DNA from: Piromyces finnis finn
Taxonomy: Eukaryota; Fungi; Neocallimastigomycota
Direction: 5' to 3'
DNA: 64,000 nucleotides
Assembly: GCA_002104945.1 (NCBI GenBank)
Contig: MCFH01000011.1
Span: forward strand, 434,001 to 498,000
The translations under genes and the position numbers were made by a program. The notes under the pieces were generated by a model. That model saw only the letters and a program-made list of their open reading frames with translations. It did not search any database and was not told the origin of the DNA. Below, piece after piece: positions 57,057 to 64,000 of the stretch; positions within the stretch are counted from its first letter, which is position 1; each line of letters starts with the position of its first letter.

Positions 57057-59531
57057 TTAACTTTCTATAACACTATTATTATTTAATTTACTTTTTCTTA
57101 AACCATCTATCATTGAGTTTTTTGCATAATATTTACTTGAGCACATACTTTGACTTTTACTCATAGAGCTGTAATCAAATTCACTATTATCTGATAAATG
57201 AATAACAGAATCATTTATTGTAGTGCTTGTAAATGAAAAGTTACTAAATGCTTGAGATTGAGTACGACTTGGTAATTCATTTCTATACTCAATTTGACTA
57301 GCAAATTTATTGGTACTTTTAATTAATTCGGAAGACACTACATATTCCATTGGGAATACACCTTGTTTACCCGTCATTTGATTCAAACCAACTGCCCACC
57401 CATCATCAAACATTTTTAATAAAAGAATTCTATCATTAACTCTAAGAGTAAGTTCATCCTCCATTCTTGGTTCGAATTCTTGGACAACTGTCATTACTGA
57501 AAGTGGTATTTTTGCACTGCTATATTTAGAGGAATGATCATCTGCATCATCAACAGTTATCGATATAGCATTATTTATGCGACTACTACTTTCAATATTA
57601 TTAATATCGCTAAAATCAGTACTAAAGATTTTACTTGGTCTTAAACTAGAATTTTCTTCCTCCAAGTCCACATTTTCATCTATATCTTCAATTTCTGAAT
57701 CTTCTTTATTATATTCACCAATATCATTTATATCATTATTTTGTAGTATAGAATTTGTTAAAAGATGCTTGGTATATTGCTTGTTTTCATTATTTTCATC
57801 TTTAACATGCTCTTCATTGGATTGACTTTTTTCACCACGGGATCCTTCTGACATAATTGGTGAAATTGGAGCAATAAATGAATTATATTTTTTGGATTCT
57901 GATGACACTGAAGAATGATAAAATGAATTTGTCTTCTTAATATGAATTAATGGATCACTTTCGGATAACATAGATAAATCTACTATTGGGGATGCTTCTG
58001 AATCAGGTGATTTTTGACTGAGAGGATTAAGTTGGGTAGGTAAAGTGATTTTCAATAAATTTGACTGAACTCCATTTGCATTTGAAGAAGTAACTTTTGC
58101 CTCTTCATTTTTATTTATTACATAGGATGGTAATTTTCTATTGTATGTTGAGCTTGTAGAAGAATTTGAATGATTAGTAAGATTTGGTGATGGATGAAGG
58201 GAATCATTATGTGAACCATTATATGAATTTAGTGTATTATAACGGGAAGTAGTATTAATATTAATATTAACTTCATTAGGAGTAATTGGCTGTATATTAT
58301 TATTAACATTATTTGCAGCATTAATCATTGTTGCTGTTGAGATAAGTTCAGCAACATAATTACTTGCTATATTATCTTGTTCACGACTATCAATATTTTT
58401 GTTTGTTATAGGAATATTCAACGTAGGTACTACTTTTGGATCAGTTAAACCAATTGAAAATACTTTATGGTTAATGTTACTATTATTATTTGACGAGACT
58501 GAATTTTCGCTAAAATTCTGAGTTCCAGAATTATTTGAAGCTAAATGGTAGGAGTAAGATTCTTTTTCAAAATCAATTGATTTATTACCAACTCTCTTTT
58601 TATAATATATAAATCCAAAACCAACAAAAAGACTTAAAGGAACCATAAAGCCAAGGGTATATAAGATATTTCTATTTAAACTTTCGCTTTCCTTTGTATC
58701 ATCACTCTTACTAATATTACTAAAAGTTGAGCCTGTGTTGTCTCGTATATTATTATCATTTCCCATATTTGGAACAATACTATTACTTGAAGAATTAGTA
58801 TTTTTATCATTTTCATGGCTACTTACATTAGAATTGATATTGTTTTCATTGTTATTATTGTTACTACTATTATTAGATTCAATTATAACATTTGTATCTG
58901 AATTTACTGATTCAACATGTGTTTCAGTATTACCAATATTTTCATTTTCTATACTATTATTTGTAATAGTATTAGTATGTATTGAGCTTGCATTGTTTCC
59001 TACTGTACCCCCACAGTTTTTAAAATTGGTACATGCAGATTCTAAAACTGGGCCACCAGCATTAATAAAACTGTTTCCTGGGCATATTGATTTTAATTGA
59101 CTAGCTTGATTTTGACATTCGCTTATACACATATAATTAGGAACAATATTAAAATTATTTTCACTACAACGACTATTTGCTAATGATTCGTATACTTGGT
59201 AATTACAAAATAATTTTACTCTATCCTTTAATGAACTACCATTTCCACTGCAACCCAATCCACTTAATTGTCGATTTAATTCGCTAAGATTTTCAACATT
59301 ATTATTTATCCAATTAGAAAAAGATAAATAATCAGAATATCCATCAGTAACAGGTATATAATATCCTTCAAAATCACTACATTGTGAATTTCCATTATCA
59401 TTTTCACCAATTAGAAAACATTTTTTTCCTGAACTACTATTTAGTTCTGGTGACGCAAATGGATATCTAGAATGAACTTTCGGTATTATGAGTGCAGTAA
59501 TTAAAATATTTCTTAAATTTTTTAATATCAT
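57057..59531 (-). CDS. Type I membrane protein: signal peptide, Cys-rich ectodomain, single TM, disordered linker, C-terminal SH3 (824 aa)
   Basis: About 10 Cys in the first 175 aa; TM ILYTLGFMVPLSLFVGFGFIYY followed by KKR; SH3 TVVQEFEPRMEDELTLRVNDRILLLKMFDDGWAVGLNQMTGKQGVFPMEYV. Confidence 0.88.
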   Translation of the reverse strand: MILKNLRNILITALIIPKVHSRYPFASPELNSSSGKKCFLIGENDNGNSQCSDFEGYYIPVTDGYSDYLSFSNWINNNVENLSELNRQLSGLGCSGNGSSLKDRVKLFCNYQVYESLANSRCSENNFNIVPNYMCISECQNQASQLKSICPGNSFINAGGPVLESACTNFKNCGGTVGNNASSIHTNTITNNSIENENIGNTETHVESVNSDTNVIIESNNSSNNNNNENNINSNVSSHENDKNTNSSSNSIVPNMGNDNNIRDNTGSTFSNISKSDDTKESESLNRNILYTLGFMVPLSLFVGFGFIYYKKRVGNKSIDFEKESYSYHLASNNSGTQNFSENSVSSNNNSNINHKVFSIGLTDPKVVPTLNIPITNKNIDSREQDNIASNYVAELISTATMINAANNVNNNIQPITPNEVNININTTSRYNTLNSYNGSHNDSLHPSPNLTNHSNSSTSSTYNRKLPSYVINKNEEAKVTSSNANGVQSNLLKITLPTQLNPLSQKSPDSEASPIVDLSMLSESDPLIHIKKTNSFYHSSVSSESKKYNSFIAPISPIMSEGSRGEKSQSNEEHVKDENNENKQYTKHLLTNSILQNNDINDIGEYNKEDSEIEDIDENVDLEEENSSLRPSKIFSTDFSDINNIESSSRINNAISITVDDADDHSSKYSSAKIPLSVMTVVQEFEPRMEDELTLRVNDRILLLKMFDDGWAVGLNQMTGKQGVFPMEYVVSSELIKSTNKFASQIEYRNELPSRTQSQAFSNFSFTSTTINDSVIHLSDNSEFDYSSMSKSQSMCSSKYYAKNSMIDGLRKSKLNNNSVIES

Positions 59532-62450
59532 TTTTTCACTTTTAAATATAATTGTGTATGTAAATAAAATATAAAATATAAATATTATATTTTAATTTTA
59601 AAGATATTTATATTATTTAAAATTTTACCTTTTATATATACAATTTTAAATGATTTTTAAGGATTATCGGTTTCTTTATTATACTATTATTTTATACTAT
59701 AATTTATTTAAAATATTTTTTTGTTTAACATGATTATTTAAATATATATTCAAGAAAATTTTTTTATTTTTCTAATTTAATAAATGCATTCATCACTTAA
59801 AATTTGATAAATGATAATATTAACATTAGATTTTCTATATATATTATTTTTATATATTATTATTATACTAATTATATATATTTTTTAATTTATATTAAAA
59901 TAATATACATTTGAGATTTATAATGAATACTTGTATTTCAATTTTAATTTTTTTTTTTTTTTTTTTTTATAATTTCGATTTTTTTTTTTTTTTAGAAAAA
60001 AAAAATTCTTCAAAAAATAATAGAAATTGTTTATTATATTTTATTAAATAAAGTCATAACTTTTTTTTCTTCTGCTTTTTTTTTTTTAGTTTTGCTTAAA
60101 TAAAAATATTATCTGAAAATTATTGTTTTGATTTTTAATATCAATATTTGTCTTTTTTTTTCAAAATATCATTTAACAAGTTTATCTTTTTTTCGCACTT
60201 TATTTTTAATTTTATTATATAAATCTTTTTTTTTTCTCCTGTATTTTTTTATTTAGGATTAGAAGATATCTTGATTTTATTTATAAATATTTTGAATAAT
60301 TTCTTTTCATAAAATTAATATTAAGTAGTTTAGAATAAAATTAGTTTAATGATAATTTTATTTTTTCTATTAATTTATTATTTCTTTAAATATTATCTAT
60401 TATAATAACAATAAGACTATACAAAATATATATACTATATACTACTAAAGGTATAACTATATAATTATATAAAACAAATTTTACTAAATAGCTTTAACTC
60501 TTCACACAAAAAAAAAAAGAAATTTAAAGCTTATTTTTCCATATATAATTTTAAAAAAAAAAATAAAATAAAATAAAAAAATAAAAAATATAATAATGTA
60601 AATAAAAAAAATTATTTGTTATTGATTAACTTTTAATTTAAAATAATATATTGGTAATATATAATAATAACAACTTAAATAATACATAGAGGTATTACAA
60701 AATTATTTCATTGTATATTATAAATAATATATTTTAATTATTATTGTAAAATGTAAATAGAATAAATTACAAAATATACATAGAAATTTTATTAAATATA
60801 ATCTTATTTTAAAATTAATCTAATTAAATATTAATTTATATAAACACCTATTTAGTGTAATATTAAATATAATAATAATAACAATTTATATAATTTTATT
60901 GTTAATATAAAATACTATTATTCTATAATTATTATTTATTTTAATATATTTATATTTTATTAATCAACTACGTTTTAATTTATATGGTTAATATAATTTT
61001 TATCCTCTCATATATTAAAATAAAATAATATCATTAATTAAATAATTTTTAAATTAAATACATTATTACAAAAAATGAAAAATAAATTAAAATGTAATAT
61101 TAAATACATTATATATATTATTTCTACCAACAATGTTATTACTACATCGATTGTAATCTTTACCAATTATCAATACTATTTTAAATAATAAAATTACAGT
61201 ACTAAAATGGCTATACATAAAAGATTGATTGTTCATGGTTCCTTAAATACATTTTCAAAAGATGTTAATAACAATAAATTTCCTTAATGTTAATTATTAA
61301 ATTATTGAAAAATAAAAAGATAAATTTATAGAATGGCATGTTTAATGTTCACAATAAAAAAAATTATAATTCCGGCTAACTATAATAAATTCATTTTAAT
61401 ACAATTAGTAAAATAAAATGTTGACACTTACTCACACAACTTTATTATATATAATTTTAATATGAATAATTTAAAATATTTTTTTTTGAAAAAATTAATT
61501 GGGAAAAAAAAAAAAAAAAAGGAATGTATCATTGATCTTTTCATAGTTAAATTCCTAAGACTAATAATTTTTTTAAAAAAATTTAATTAATTATTTTATT
61601 TAAAAGTAAATATTTTTTTAATGGAGTCATCTTAATAAAAATAGAAAAATTTTTCTTTGTTTTTTTTTTGGTAATACTTTATATTTAAAATATATTAAAA
61701 ATAAGTTAAAAATCAATTTAATGTATGACAAATAACTTTAATTTATTAAATGATATACATTAATTTAATCCATGATTACTAAAATATTTATATTCAATTT
61801 ATAATCTATTTGATATATTAATATATTGCATGTTTTACAAGTTGATGTAACGTAACACAATTTAAATTGATTATTAAAAATTGCCAATTTAAATTTAATA
61901 TAGAACTTATGAAGAATAAGGTAGGATAGTAAGAAAGTATTAACTACTTGTTCATGACCAAGTATTCAAATTTGTTTCAAAAATATTATATAATTATATA
62001 TACTAAAATAGTTTATAGGGTAAAAAATAATAGATCTTATTAAACCTATATTTTTATTTCATAAATAATAATATAACAGTGTGTTTAACCCAAACTGTAA
62101 TAAGGTCTATGTTTTTTTTTATCTTAAGAATTAATTATATAAATAAAGCTTTTTTTTTATTTTTAAATTACAATTAAATTTCAAATTGAAACAATATTTT
62201 TTCATTTTAAGATTGGTTCACTTATTAGAAAGAATAATAAGCACATTTAAAAAAAAAAATTCTATATCACTCTCATAATATGTAATTCCATCAGAAAAAT
62301 AAATACTTTAGTAGAATTAATCTAGTTGATTAATCAAATTTTAATATGAAGAATTAAATATAAACTTTAATTATTAATAGAAATTTATTAATCCATAATT
62401 ACATAAAATATATTAAAATGATTTCAATTTAACTTGCTTAAATATGAGGT

Positions 62451-62651
62451 TTACTATATACCATAATACCGTATTATTATATTTTGAAAGTTTATCATTT
62501 AAAAAAGTTTTTTTGATTAGTTTTACTATATACCATATTATTATATTTTGAAAGTTTATCATTTAAAAAAGTTTTCTTGATTAGTTTTACTATATACCAT
62601 ATTATTATATTTTGAAAGTTTATCATTTAAAAAAGTTTTCTTGATTAGTTT
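62451..62651. repeat. Tandem repeat, 64-bp unit x~3
   Basis: ccatattattatattttgaaagtttatcatttaaaaaagttttcttgattagttttactatata starts at 62533 and 62597, with a variant copy upstream. Confidence 0.9.
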
Positions 62652-63423
62652 AACATTAATATTTATAATTCATTTTAAAAATGTATAATAAATATAATAT
62701 AATTAATATTAAAATAATAAAAAAATAATATGATTATTCATCAACTTATTCATAATCTGATATTAGAAAAAATACTTTTTTTGTACATTCTCAATCTCAA
62801 TAATAATTAAAAATACTATATTGATATAAATATTTTAAAAGTAATATTTTTTAAATTAGTGAATATGAAGTATTACCTATTAAATTAACTATTTTATAAT
62901 ATTCAATGAATTATTTTGATGATTTAGAAAAGATACGTAAGGCAGTAAGGATGGGGGGTTCCTCTCAGGACTCCTCATAATTAAAACGTAAAGTATCGCA
63001 TTTTAAATCCCTGGTCAAATATCTTACCGAGCAAATAATTTCTATTATAAACCTATTAAAAATAACTAAAAATAACAATTCTATTTTTGAGTAATATTTA
63101 TTTTAATTTGTAGTAGATAAATAGTAATTTTAAAATAAGATATAATTGTTAGTAATATTTATTTTATTTATATTATTTTTATTTCACTACAAATAAAATA
63201 AATATTACTAAGAGAATAAAAAATATACATTATATCACATTTAGGTATTTCTATTTTAATATTAAATTGTAATGGTATAAAGGTATAAAGAATTTATGTA
63301 AAATGTTTATATATTAACTTATTTTAAGAAAGATAATATAGAATAATACATTAATTTTATTCTCAAAACTATTAATAATAACCTAACCAATAAACAATTA
63401 CATTGATAAATTATGGTATAAAT

Positions 63424-63971
63424 GTCGTTCCAGTTTCTATCCTGGTTGTTAAGACCCCCGCTTAGCATTCATAAGGCTTCTGGTTCGACCCCCGCCATTG
63501 ACAGTTCTTTAGCGATTTTCCTGTTTCAGGTTTGCGCTTAAAGTATAGGGGTTAAAGGTCAATTCAGGTAAGTATAACTATACCACCGGACTCTACCCTA
63601 AGCAGTTAATTCAGATTGGTAGTTTTCTCCGTATCAAGCGGTTTTCCCACTGAAGTTTAGAGTATATGTAGGAAGGGGTATCAATTAATTCACAGATTAC
63701 TAACTATGGTCTTTGAGGGTTGTTCTCATCGTTAATCATCCTTCGCCAATAAAGGTTCAGGAGATCACTGGTGTTGGTAGCTCGGTCTTTGTGTGATAGG
63801 ATCGTTAAGAGCAATAAGCCATTCCATATTAGCCCTGCCCAGAGGGATGATTGTGCCGACGTCGTTCTGATATGGCAATGTACAATAATGTACAATCACA
63901 TACCATATATAACTCAGGGGGGTTAGATGAGGATATATGGAAGTCTAAAAAAAAAAAAAAAAAAAAAAAAA
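63424..63971 (+). mobile_element. tRNA-derived SINE-like retroposon with poly(A) tail
   Basis: Degenerate tRNA-shaped head (63424-~63503) with Pol III B box GGTTCGACCCC (63482-63492); GC-richer body; 3' hairpin; A-run from 63947; 16-bp TSD AAATTATGGTATAAAT at 63408-63423 and 63972-63987. Confidence 0.88.
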
Positions 63972-64000
63972 AATTATGGTATAAATAAATTTATACTATG

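Noticed and set aside
63424-63503. Functional tRNA-Ala(AGC) gene
   Set aside because: Acceptor, anticodon and T stems are mismatched, and the sequence runs on into a poly(A)/TSD-bounded element, so it is better explained as a SINE head.
63590-63605. Telomerase RNA template (CTACCCTAA) within the 520-nt element
   Set aside because: It is not a full 1.5x CTAACCCTAAC template, and the TSD plus poly(A) tail indicate retroposition. No pseudoknot was identified.
63704-63895. 63-aa minus-strand ORF
   Set aside because: Lies antisense within the SINE body and has no motif; expected by chance in GC-richer DNA.

Overview
Eukaryotic, extremely AT-rich DNA with GT-AG introns and long A/T homopolymers. 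The composition and gene families (intronless ankyrin and 7TM genes, a beta-helix/EGF/7TM receptor) point to an anaerobic gut fungus (Neocallimastigomycota); this is an inference. Host genes: a 7TM protein, PKA catalytic subunit, ankyrin-repeat protein, AUR1 (IPC synthase), a multi-exon coiled-coil protein, EMG1, a Pro/Ser/Gln-rich ORF, a large GPCR-like receptor, NIC96 and a Cys-rich/TM/SH3 protein. The most unusual content is non-coding or mobile. (1) A full-length Ty1/copia element (2580-7715) has identical 259-bp LTRs, a 5-bp TSD, non-canonical TA...TA termini, a primer-binding site matching the anticodon arm of tRNA-Lys(CUU) (half-tRNA priming), and a frame break between integrase and RT at a GC hairpin. 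(2) A U2 snRNA homologue (34435-34622) keeps its stems but has an altered branch-point recognition sequence and no canonical Sm site. (3) A tRNA-headed, poly(A)-tailed SINE-like retroposon (63424-63971) has a 16-bp TSD, a 3' hairpin and internal splice consensus motifs. Exon boundaries were read by eye, and no database searches were run.
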